Source: Geobacteraceae bacterium (GTDB lineage Bacteria > Desulfobacterota > Desulfuromonadia > Geobacterales > Geobacteraceae). From it: 42,345 nucleotides of DNA. Of this stretch, positions 18,617-26,648 are shown piece after piece. The stretch spans positions 1 through 42,345 of the forward strand of contig JANXYN010000140.1 in the NCBI GenBank assembly GCA_025356035.1, written 5' to 3'. How positions within the stretch are numbered: the first letter of the stretch is position 1; the number at the start of each line of letters is the position of its first letter. The notes beneath the pieces were generated by a model. The model did no database searches. It was not told the origin of the DNA and was given only the letters and a program-made list of their open reading frames with translations. Both the position numbers and the translations under genes were made by a program.

Positions 18617-19977
18617 TTTTTTCTCTCCTGTGGCTTGATATCGTATTTTTCCATGCGATAGATCAGTACGTGGCGGGGGATGCGAAGAAACCGGGCAGCG
18701 GCGGTCTGGTTCCAGCCGGTTCGCTCCAAGGCTTCCAGGACTATCTCCCGTTCTAGCTGCTCCAGCGAGTATCCTTCCGCCGGCAGGTTGAGTACCCCCG
18801 TCCCCTTGCCGCTCTTACCGACGCGGATCTTGTCGGAAAGCTCGTCGACGCGAATGATGTCGCCATTGCGCATCAGCAGCAGCCGCTCCACCATGTTTTC
18901 CAATTCCCGGATATTACCCGGCCAGACATAAGCCTGGAGCACCGCCAGCGCTTCGGGGGCAAAGGTCACCCCGGCGCCGCCATGCTTGACGGCAAAATGC
19001 CTGAGCAGCAGCGGAATATCCTCGCGCCGTTCCCGCAGGGGCGGCAGGTGGACAGGAATAACCGCCAGGCGGTAATAAAGGTCTTCGCGGAAAGTACCGG
19101 CGACTATGGCTTCCTCTAGATCGCTGTTTGTGGCAGCAACCACTCGCACATCCAGTTTTTGCACGACTGAGCCGCCAACCGGCTCAACTTCCCGCTCCTG
19201 TAGTGCCCGCAGCAGCTTTGGCTGCAGCTCGACCGGCAGCTCCCCCACCTCGTCGAGAAACAGGGTGCCGCCGTCCGCCTGCTGGAATTTCCCCTGCTTG
19301 TCCCTGACTGCGCCGGTAAAGGCGCCCTTCAGATGGCCGAACAGCTCGCTCTCCAGCAGGTCGCGAGGGATGGCGGCGCAATTGATGGCGACAAATGGCG
19401 CACTCCGCCTGGAACTTGCCACATGCAGGGCCTTCGCCACCAGTTCCTTGCCGGTCCCGGACTCGCCGGTGATCAGCACCGTGGCGTCGCTGTCCGCAAC
19501 CTTGCGGACCACATCGAGGACCTTTGCCACCCCCCGGGAGATGCCGATGATATTGTGAAAATCGGCCCGCTCCGTCAACTCGGCCTTCAACCGCAGGTTC
19601 TCCTGGGACAACCCCCGGTGCTCGACCGCCTTGCGCACCACCAGTTTCAGCGCGTCCCGGTTGAACGGCTTGGTGATATAATCGTAGGCACCGAGCTTCA
19701 TCGCCTCCACTGCCGTTTCGATGGCGCCGAAGGCGGTAATGACAATAACCAGCGTCTCGGGTGACTGCTTCTTGACCGTTTCCAGCAGCTGAAAGCCGGA
19801 GATTCCCGGCATCTTCAGATCGGTGATCACCAAGGCCGGAGAGTGCGCGGCAAACAGGCGCAACCCCTCCTCTCCGCTGGCTGCGGCCAGCACCTCGTAA
19901 CCCTCCTCCTGCAGGTTGTACTCCAGCACCCGCCGCAGGGAGGTATCGTCATCGACGATCAGAATCTTTGCTGCCAT
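18613..19977 (-). CDS. Sigma54-dependent response regulator (NtrC family: REC + AAA+ + HTH).
   Basis: ILIVDDD receiver. GESGTGKE Walker A. GAFTGA sigma54-contact motif. C-terminal HTH. Confidence 0.9.
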   Translation of the reverse strand: MAAKILIVDDDTSLRRVLEYNLQEEGYEVLAAASGEEGLRLFAAHSPALVITDLKMPGISGFQLLETVKKQSPETLVIVITAFGAIETAVEAMKLGAYDYITKPFNRDALKLVVRKAVEHRGLSQENLRLKAELTERADFHNIIGISRGVAKVLDVVRKVADSDATVLITGESGTGKELVAKALHVASSRRSAPFVAINCAAIPRDLLESELFGHLKGAFTGAVRDKQGKFQQADGGTLFLDEVGELPVELQPKLLRALQEREVEPVGGSVVQKLDVRVVAATNSDLEEAIVAGTFREDLYYRLAVIPVHLPPLRERREDIPLLLRHFAVKHGGAGVTFAPEALAVLQAYVWPGNIRELENMVERLLLMRNGDIIRVDELSDKIRVGKSGKGTGVLNLPAEGYSLEQLEREIVLEALERTGWNQTAAARFLRIPRHVLIYRMEKYDIKPQERKK

Positions 19978-19995
19978 GGTTCTCCCTATCAGTCG

Positions 19996-20111
19996 GAAGG
20001 CTGAAGGCTGAAGACTGAAGGAAAAGCTTTACAAATCTTCTGCCTATCGCCTATCGCCTATCGCCTATCGCCTTCAGCCTTCAGCCTTCAGCCTTCAGCC
20101 TTCAGCCTTCC
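19996..20111. repeat. Tandem heptanucleotide repeats arranged as inverted arms: (GAAGGCT)x3 ... (GCCTATC)x4 (GCCTTCA)x5 GCCTTCC. Lies between the kinase stop and the regulator start.
   Basis: Read directly. The left arm is the reverse complement of the GCCTTCA array. On the mRNA it gives a long stem-loop immediately 5' of the regulator SD (GGGAGAA). Confidence 0.7.
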
Positions 20112-20115
20112 TTGC

Positions 20116-21219
20116 CTATATAGGCAGCCGCACCTTAAATATAGTTCCCCGCCCCACCTTGCTCTCCACCTCGATGCTGCCGCCGTGGCTTTCGACGATC
20201 CGTTGGGTGATGGCCAGGCCAAGACCGGTGCCACCAGGTTTGGTGGTGAAAAACGGCTCGAAGATCCGCTTCAGCACTGCCGGTTCAATCCCTTCGCCGG
20301 TGTCGGCAAACGCCAGCTCCACAAAGGGAGACACTGCTCCCTGGGGGCCGGAAAAGGTCGCGGAGATGGTAAGGCTCCCTCCTTGCGGCACGGCCTGCAG
20401 TCCGTTCAGGACCAGATTGAGGAACACCTGCCGCAGCTTCTTGCAGTCTCCCCGGACCACCGGCAGCTGGGCCGGCTGCACCGCCAATGCTACGCCGCGG
20501 GCCTTCGCCTCGGCAGAAGCCAGGGTTACCACCTCGCCCAACTCCGCCAGGAGGTCGCAGGTCTCCTGCTCCACCTGGATCGGCCGCGCCAGCCTGAGAA
20601 AATCTTCCACCACCCGGTTGAGCCGGTCGGTCTCCTTGATCAGGATCTGCAGAAATTCGTATTTGCTGTCGCCAGCCTGAAAATCATCCTTGAGGATCTC
20701 GGCGGTCCCCCTGATGGACCCGAGCGGGTTGCGGATTTCGTGAGCCAGCGCCGCGGAGAGCTCGCCAAGAGCCGACAGGCGTTCCGCCCGGCGCAGTTGC
20801 TCCTCGATCTGGATTATGAGGTCTGCCTGGCTCTGCAGCTTCCGGTAGGACTCCTCCAGCCCGGCGGCGGTCTTTTGCAGCTGCTGCCGGCGCGTCTCCT
20901 CCCGCTGGGAAAGAAAGCCGGTGATCCCGCCGACCACGTTGTACAGGAGGATTTCCAGAAACTTCTCTATCTCCAGGGTGGGACGCGCCCCCCACTGGAA
21001 AAGGACATGGGGAGCGTACAGGATACTCACGATAATCGCTGCGAGGAGCCCGCCACGCAGGCCGAACCAGAAGGCGGCGAAGATGATCGGGATGTAGTAG
21101 AGCCGCTGAAAAATGTCATGGAGCATCGGCCGATGCAGCGGGGTGAGATAATGGAGCAGGCTTATCCCGACAATTGCCAGGGCCAGCAGCGCAAGCCGCA
21201 TCATTTTCCATCGTTCCAT
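20116..21219 (-). CDS. Membrane sensor histidine kinase (HisKA + HATPase). N-terminal 3-4 TM helices without a periplasmic domain.
   Basis: H-box HEIRNPLGSIRG. G-boxes GTGLGL. Hydrophobic N-terminus. Confidence 0.85.
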   Translation of the reverse strand: MERWKMMRLALLALAIVGISLLHYLTPLHRPMLHDIFQRLYYIPIIFAAFWFGLRGGLLAAIIVSILYAPHVLFQWGARPTLEIEKFLEILLYNVVGGITGFLSQREETRRQQLQKTAAGLEESYRKLQSQADLIIQIEEQLRRAERLSALGELSAALAHEIRNPLGSIRGTAEILKDDFQAGDSKYEFLQILIKETDRLNRVVEDFLRLARPIQVEQETCDLLAELGEVVTLASAEAKARGVALAVQPAQLPVVRGDCKKLRQVFLNLVLNGLQAVPQGGSLTISATFSGPQGAVSPFVELAFADTGEGIEPAVLKRIFEPFFTTKPGGTGLGLAITQRIVESHGGSIEVESKVGRGTIFKVRLPI

Positions 21220-21324
21220 GAACTAATTTTTAGTCCATGCCGGATGAGAATGCAAGGATATTTTGGCGGGGTTCGCTGCCTGACAGTGGGGGATGAACAA
21301 GCAACCTCCCCTGTTGGGGAAGCA

Positions 21325-21549
21325 TTAGTAATGGTAGAAGATGCGACGCAGATTTACAGCAAGGGGAAGGAGCTTTTGATGCTTTGTCAGAACCTCTTCC
21401 AGCGAGGTGCCGTCATTGATGATGATATCGTCTTCGGTGAGGGCGGTCTTGGCCACATGCCGGCCGCCTGCCCGACTGTAGACGGATATCTGGTAATGTT
21501 TCCCCCGCAACGCCATAGTCGTTTCATAGACCAGTTGCTCTTCGCTCAT
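21325..21549 (-). CDS. Hypothetical 74-aa protein (MSEEQLVYETTMALRGKHYQISVYSRAGGRHV...).
   Basis: Only ORF filling the gap between ispB and the kinase on the coding strand. No recognisable motif. Confidence 0.4.
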   Translation of the reverse strand: MSEEQLVYETTMALRGKHYQISVYSRAGGRHVAKTALTEDDIIINDGTSLEEVLTKHQKLLPLAVNLRRIFYHY

Positions 21550-21686
21550 GGCACTCTACCTTATTAAATCGGAATATAGTAATTCCTGCTTAAATAAGGC
21601 AAATGCAACATCCGCACCAATTGTGAAATAAGATTAACCCCTTGAAGTTATTGATTTGGGGAAGGAGAGTATCGTTGTTTACTGAG

Positions 21687-21727
21687 AGGGGAAACGCTAT
21701 TTAACGAAAGGGGGAACGCTATTTAAC
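21687..21727. repeat. 19-bp tandem direct repeat (GGGGAAACGCTATTTAACG / GGGGGAACGCTATTTAACG). The second copy overlaps the ispB stop codon.
   Basis: Seen in sequence. Confidence 0.6.
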
Positions 21728-22691
21728 GTTCGCGGGTAACCACGTAATCGGCTATTCCGAGGAGCGCACGCTTGCCGGGAGAGTCCTCAAACAGCTCGAG
21801 GCTGGCTTTGCAGCGGGCGATGTAACCCTTGGCGGCGGTCACCGTAACATCGATCCCGCCATAACTGTTGACCAGGGCCAGGATTTGCTGAAAGTCGTCC
21901 TTGGAAAAGTCATCGCTGTTGACGATGGCGGCGATCTGCTCTTGTTCGGCCGGGGTGCAGTGCAGCAACGTATGAATCAGCGGCAGGGTAATCTTTCCTT
22001 CTTCCAGGTCATGGCCAATGCTCTTGCCAAACTGTTCCTCATCGGCCACATAGTCGAGGATGTCGTCCATGAGCTGAAAGGCAATCCCCAGATCCATGCC
22101 AAAGTCGGCCATGGCCTGTTCCCGCTCCGGCGAAACCCCGCCGAGGATGGCGCCCGCCTGGCAGGCAGCAGAAATCAGCACAGCGGTCTTGCTCTTCACT
22201 ACCTCGATATAGCGGGCCTCGGTCATATCGAGGTCGGCGGTACAGATAAGCTGCAGCACCTCCCCCTCGGCGATCTTGGTGGTGGCGCTGGAAAGGACAT
22301 CGAGAATCTGCAGGTTGCCGCTGGCCACCATCAGGGAAAAAGATTTGGAAAAGAGGAAATCGCCCACCAGCACTGACGCCTCGTTCCCCCAAACAGAATT
22401 GGCGGAATCTTTACCACGGCGGATGTTGGCGTTGTCCACCACATCATCGTGGAGAAGGGTGGCGGTATGGATGAATTCAACTACGCTGGCCAGCGGCACA
22501 TGCCGGTCGCCATTGTAGCCACAGAGCTTGGAAGAAAGGAGCAGCAGCGCTGGACGAATCCGCTTGCCGCCACTGGCCAGTACATATTCACCCACCTTGC
22601 GAATCAGAGGGACATCCGAATTCAGGTCTTTCTTGAACTGCAATTCGACATTTTTTAGGTCTTCCCCGATCAGGGCAAGTGCTGCATCCAT
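21723..22691 (-). CDS. ispB: Trans-polyprenyl diphosphate synthase (octaprenyl/heptaprenyl-diphosphate synthase, IspB-like).
   Basis: 322 aa. First DDxxD (LLHDDVVD) and second DDxxD (FQLMDDILD) motifs. Confidence 0.85.
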   Translation of the reverse strand: MDAALALIGEDLKNVELQFKKDLNSDVPLIRKVGEYVLASGGKRIRPALLLLSSKLCGYNGDRHVPLASVVEFIHTATLLHDDVVDNANIRRGKDSANSVWGNEASVLVGDFLFSKSFSLMVASGNLQILDVLSSATTKIAEGEVLQLICTADLDMTEARYIEVVKSKTAVLISAACQAGAILGGVSPEREQAMADFGMDLGIAFQLMDDILDYVADEEQFGKSIGHDLEEGKITLPLIHTLLHCTPAEQEQIAAIVNSDDFSKDDFQQILALVNSYGGIDVTVTAAKGYIARCKASLELFEDSPGKRALLGIADYVVTRER

Positions 22692-22853
22692 GGTAAAACC
22701 TCAGGTCTTATTTCTGCCAAGTCTATAGGATGCGCGCGCCTCTTGTCAAAGCATTTCTCGCCAGCAGGCGCTTGGACAGCCACTGTATATTTTAGTCAGC
22801 ATTAGCAGTTGATTTTTGGCCGGCATTCGTCTAGATTTTGACTCAATGTTACG

Positions 22854-23840
22854 GTGAACTGGGAGATGACGTTGAACACCCCTCCACACATTATAGTGGT
22901 AGATAATTCGCAGAATGCACAGGAGCTGCTCCGTGGCGTACTAGAACGGAGCGGCTATCAAGTCAGCTGCGCCTCAACAGGGGAGGAAGCCCTTAAGCTG
23001 ATGCAAAAGGGGGTGTTCAACCTGGTGCTGACCGAAATCATCATGCCGGGGATCAGCGGCCTCAATCTGCTAAAAATGATCAAGGAACGCAACCCCGACG
23101 TCGACGTGGTTATCGTCACCAGCAACGCCTCCAGCTTCACCGCCATCCGGGCCCTCCGGCTCGGGGCCTACGATTTCATCGTCAAGCCGATCGACGATGA
23201 CGAGGTCCTCTGTAATGTGGTAAAAAGGGCCCTGGAAAAACAGACGCTGACCTTGGAAAACCGGCAGCTAGTGCGGGACCTGTCGGAGAAAAACCAGGCG
23301 CTGGCGGAAGCCCTCGACATGATGAAAACGGTCAACAAGGTCTGCGCCCTGATCGCCTCCACCCTCGACATCGCCGACATCCTCCGCATGCTGGTGGAGA
23401 GCGCTGTGGAACAGTTGAAGGTGAAAAAGGGGTACCTGCTGCTGGTGGACAAATCGGGGGAGCATTTCTCCATGAAGGTCTCGGTCGGGATCGACATTCA
23501 GCAGGCCAAGAACTTCAGCATGCGCCATGACCAGGGAGTTTCCGGGATGGTGGCAGCTAAGAACCGCCCCTTGCGCGCAACCAGTAAAGTACCGCAGGCC
23601 CTGTCCCCGCGAATCCTTGAGGAAGACCCGAGCGGCGAGTTCCTCGCCACCCCGGGGATCTTATCAGTACCGTTGCAGATCAATGGCAAGGTGGCGGGCG
23701 TGGTCACCATCTCCGGACGGCTCGACGGCCAACCATTCAACGATACCGCAGTCGACTTTCTGACCACCCTCGCCAACCATGCAGCGATCGCCATCAACAA
23801 GGCCGGCAGTTTCCACAAGCTGAAGAAGACCTGCCGCTGA
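22854..23840 (+). CDS. Response regulator with receiver domain and C-terminal GAF-like domain.
   Basis: REC signature (IIVVDN...LVLTEIIMPGISG...KPI). C-terminal about 170 aa with GAF-like pattern. Start may be ATG at 22866. Confidence 0.75.
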   Translation: MNWEMTLNTPPHIIVVDNSQNAQELLRGVLERSGYQVSCASTGEEALKLMQKGVFNLVLTEIIMPGISGLNLLKMIKERNPDVDVVIVTSNASSFTAIRALRLGAYDFIVKPIDDDEVLCNVVKRALEKQTLTLENRQLVRDLSEKNQALAEALDMMKTVNKVCALIASTLDIADILRMLVESAVEQLKVKKGYLLLVDKSGEHFSMKVSVGIDIQQAKNFSMRHDQGVSGMVAAKNRPLRATSKVPQALSPRILEEDPSGEFLATPGILSVPLQINGKVAGVVTISGRLDGQPFNDTAVDFLTTLANHAAIAINKAGSFHKLKKTCR

Positions 23841-23849
23841 GCACCCTCG

Positions 23850-24809
23850 CTATTTCCCGCCAGCCACCACCCCTGTATAGGGAGAATACGCCTTACCCAT
23901 GGCCCTGACCTTGTAGTAGTAGGTTGTCCCCCCGCTGGCCGCACTGTCGTGGTAAAGGAACACCCCCTTCCCCACCGTGGCAACTGTGGTATAGGGTCCG
24001 TCGGCGACAGTAGCCCGGGCAATCTCGTAGCCGGTGACATTCGTCTGGTCCTGGGGTGCCCCCTGCCAAACCAGGTAGAAGCCTACCGGGGCGGGGATGA
24101 CGGTCAGGGCCTGCGGTGGCGCAACGGTAGCCGAAGGCTCCGGCGCTACAGGGGCAACCTCCGGCACCGGCCGGGGTCCCTCTGGCAGCTTAACGGCAAC
24201 GCCAAACTTCCTGATAATTTCCGGCACCGCCTGCTTCATCAGGTCCTGCACCGCTTTCTCCAGGGTGAATTGCAGCAACTGGTCACGCTTTGTAACCGCA
24301 CTGTCGGCATAGGCCTTCTCGTAATCGAGGGTGGCAATCTGTTTCCCGTTTTGCCAGAGCTCGGCGGCGACTGTTACCTTGCTTCGCGCGTCCAACTTCA
24401 TCATGCTGGTCGCCTGCTCCATGGCGATGGTCAGCCGGCTGAAGTAGATCCCGGCGACCGCCCCGGTCGGGATCGCGCCGACCGTCTTGACCGCATAGCC
24501 AGCCGAGCGGAATTCCTCTGCAAAGGCATGCAGCAGCAAGTCACCAGGCGGAACCCCGGTCACCACGTCGCCGATCTGCTCCCCTTCGTTGTTTTTCATC
24601 ACTCCAACAATCCAGGATGCCCGCCCTTTCCTCTCACTGCTCGCCGGTTCTGCCGATTTGGCCAGATAGAGCTCGCCCCCACCGCCAACGGCATTGACGA
24701 CCGGCGCATAGGGAAGCTCCACCATTTTGCCGTTAAAGGCACAACCCGCCAGCAGACTGCTCCCGAGCAAGCAGAGTAGTGACACCATTATTTTTTTCAT
24801 GCTTTGCAT
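23850..24809 (-). CDS. Lipoprotein with C-terminal fibronectin-III-like domain; unknown function.
   Basis: Probable start MQSMKKIMVSLLCLLGSSLLAGC (lipobox LAGC) after AAAGGAGG. C-terminal GYEIARATVADGPYTTVATV...YYYKVRAMG resembles FN3. The track ORF extends to 24866, probably over-extended. Confidence 0.55.
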   Translation of the reverse strand: MQSMKKIMVSLLCLLGSSLLAGCAFNGKMVELPYAPVVNAVGGGGELYLAKSAEPASSERKGRASWIVGVMKNNEGEQIGDVVTGVPPGDLLLHAFAEEFRSAGYAVKTVGAIPTGAVAGIYFSRLTIAMEQATSMMKLDARSKVTVAAELWQNGKQIATLDYEKAYADSAVTKRDQLLQFTLEKAVQDLMKQAVPEIIRKFGVAVKLPEGPRPVPEVAPVAPEPSATVAPPQALTVIPAPVGFYLVWQGAPQDQTNVTGYEIARATVADGPYTTVATVGKGVFLYHDSAASGGTTYYYKVRAMGKAYSPYTGVVAGGK

Positions 24810-25012
24810 GCAGCCTCCTTTGCCCCGGCTCTCTTTGTTGGCCCGCCACCAGTGGAGTAGCTCCATAGAACGGGCTTGCTACTAAACTTTATACGATGGG
24901 GCGGCTATTGTCAACGAACAGCTAGCCTCGGCATTTTTACCACCTCCCCTTGAGAGTTACCGTCTGACAAGTACAATAAAAGAGTGGCGCGGTGGAGAGT
25001 TCCGAGGCGATC

Positions 25013-25759
25013 ATGCAAGCGGCCTGGCAAAGCGACATCGGCAGGGTACGCCAGAACAATGAGGACTGTATCCTGGCCAGTGAGGAATATGGGCTCTTTC
25101 TGCTCGCGGATGGCATGGGCGGCCATGAGGGGGGAGAGGTGGCAAGCGCCCTTGCGGTCAGCACAGCCTTCGCCTATCTGCAGGAGCGGCTGGCACAAAC
25201 CGGCAGTATGCAGCTACCCAGGCTCCTTGCCGAGGCGGTCGCCGCTGCCCATTCGGCAATTTTGGGCCGGGCGGCTGCCGATCCGGCCCTGACCGGCATG
25301 GGGACCACTCTGGAAATACTGCTGGTACGGGAGGGAAAAGGGCTCCTCTGCCACGTGGGGGACAGCCGCGGCTACCTCCTCCGGGCCGGGCGGTTGCGAC
25401 AGGTCACCAGGGATGACAACCTCGCCAGGTACCTGATGGAAGTGGAGCATCTGCCGAAGGAAAAGCTTCCCCCCGCGGCCGAACATATCCTGACCCAGGC
25501 GGTGGGTGTTTCGGAGGAGCTGATTCCCGAGCTTTATCCCCTGGTGCTGCGGCCGGGGGATCTGATCCTGCTCTGCTCCGACGGCCTGACCGGCATGCTC
25601 GATAATGAAAAGATCGAGAAGCTTCTGCGGCAGAGCCGAGGCGACCTTGTCCGAGCCGCCGCCGCTCTGGTTGCAGAGGCAAACGCCAGGGGTGGATTCG
25701 ACAATATCTCGGTGGTGCTGGTGGCGCCGGAGACCCCGCCGCCCCTCCTCCTCGCCTAG
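25013..25759 (+). CDS. PP2C-family Ser/Thr protein phosphatase.
   Basis: SDIGRVRQNNEDC, LADGMGGHEGGEVAS and CSDGL motifs. Start ATG 25013 (MQAAW) with GAGG SD. Confidence 0.85.
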   Translation: MQAAWQSDIGRVRQNNEDCILASEEYGLFLLADGMGGHEGGEVASALAVSTAFAYLQERLAQTGSMQLPRLLAEAVAAAHSAILGRAAADPALTGMGTTLEILLVREGKGLLCHVGDSRGYLLRAGRLRQVTRDDNLARYLMEVEHLPKEKLPPAAEHILTQAVGVSEELIPELYPLVLRPGDLILLCSDGLTGMLDNEKIEKLLRQSRGDLVRAAAALVAEANARGGFDNISVVLVAPETPPPLLLA

Positions 25760-25811
25760 AGCGCCGCACATTCCCCACCATCAGCCGCGCCGAGCAGAGA
25801 CAAGAAAGAAC

Positions 25812-25839
25812 TTGACATTCGTTTTCACTTTGCTAAAAT
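25812..25839 (+). promoter_or_regulatory. Sigma70-like promoter (TTGACA, 16 nt spacer, TAAAAT) upstream of hsp20.
   Basis: TTGACA at 25812-25817, TAAAAT at 25834-25839. GGGAGG SD at 25865-25870. ATG at 25879. Confidence 0.5.
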
Positions 25840-25878
25840 AATATCAGCAGTAGTGGATACGCAAGGGAGGTGTTATAT

Positions 25879-26439
25879 ATGAGACGGCAGACCGAACTCA
25901 AGACAGTCCATCCGGAAACTCCGGAACGGACCACGTTGAAATCGGTCCCGAGCGGGAGTCGTGAGACCCAGCCGGTAACGACCATCGAACGGAGCATCCT
26001 CTCCACTCTCAATGAAATGGAAAGGATGATGGAAGAAACGTTCCACCGGCCGTTATTGAGCAGAAGCATTCTGCCATTCCGGCATCTGCTCCGTGACCTC
26101 GGCAGCTACGGCGATATAACCCCGTCCATCGATATCTTCGAAGAAGGGGGTAACGTGGTGCTGAAAGCCGAACTTCCGGGAATCAAACGGGAAGACGTCA
26201 ACGTGAAATTCGTAGAGAACAACATCGTCATCTCCGGTGAGAAAAAAACCGAAGAGCGGGTCGAAGAGAAAGACTATCTCCGGCTCGAACGGACGCACGG
26301 TACATTCAACCGGATGATGAGCCTGCCGGACGGTGTCAACACCGATAAAGCCAAAGCCACCTTCAAGGACGGCGTGCTCGAAGTGCGGATACCGAAAACC
26401 GAAGGTAGAAGCGCGGTACGGCAGGTAACCGTGGAATAA
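25879..26439 (+). CDS. Hsp20 / alpha-crystallin family small heat-shock protein.
   Basis: ACD-domain signature (VLKAELPGIKREDVNVKF...GVLEVRIPK). Confidence 0.85.
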   Translation: MRRQTELKTVHPETPERTTLKSVPSGSRETQPVTTIERSILSTLNEMERMMEETFHRPLLSRSILPFRHLLRDLGSYGDITPSIDIFEEGGNVVLKAELPGIKREDVNVKFVENNIVISGEKKTEERVEEKDYLRLERTHGTFNRMMSLPDGVNTDKAKATFKDGVLEVRIPKTEGRSAVRQVTVE

Positions 26440-26467
26440 TCCACAGCACACACAGGCAACCCCGCCT

Positions 26468-26500
26468 GGGGGGAAGGCGCAATCTTCCCCCTTTTTTGTG
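26468..26500 (+). terminator. Rho-independent terminator after hsp20 (GGGGGGAAG-loop-CTTCCCCC, then TTTTTT).
   Basis: Seen in sequence. Confidence 0.6.
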
Positions 26501-26543
26501 CCTTCTCCCCAACGATTTGGGTCGTTAGCTCCCCCCAATCTCT

Positions 26544-26558
26544 TGGCACGCAGCTTGC
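26544..26558 (+). promoter_or_regulatory. Sigma54 (-24/-12) promoter TGGCAC-N5-TTGC upstream of cstA.
   Basis: Exact match to consensus (TGGCACgcagcTTGCT), about 90 nt upstream of the cstA ATG. Confidence 0.6.
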
Positions 26559-26648
26559 TAGTGCTACGGTTGATGCTCCGGTCCCGGGAAATAGCGGCCA
26601 ACTCCCCGACAGGGCACCGTTTCATCACACCCCACCAAGGAGGTTTAG

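Noticed and set aside
19996-20111. Possible CRISPR array (regular short repeats).
   Set aside because: Repeat units are 7 bp, contiguous and without unique spacers. No cas genes are present. It is a microsatellite-like inverted array, not CRISPR.
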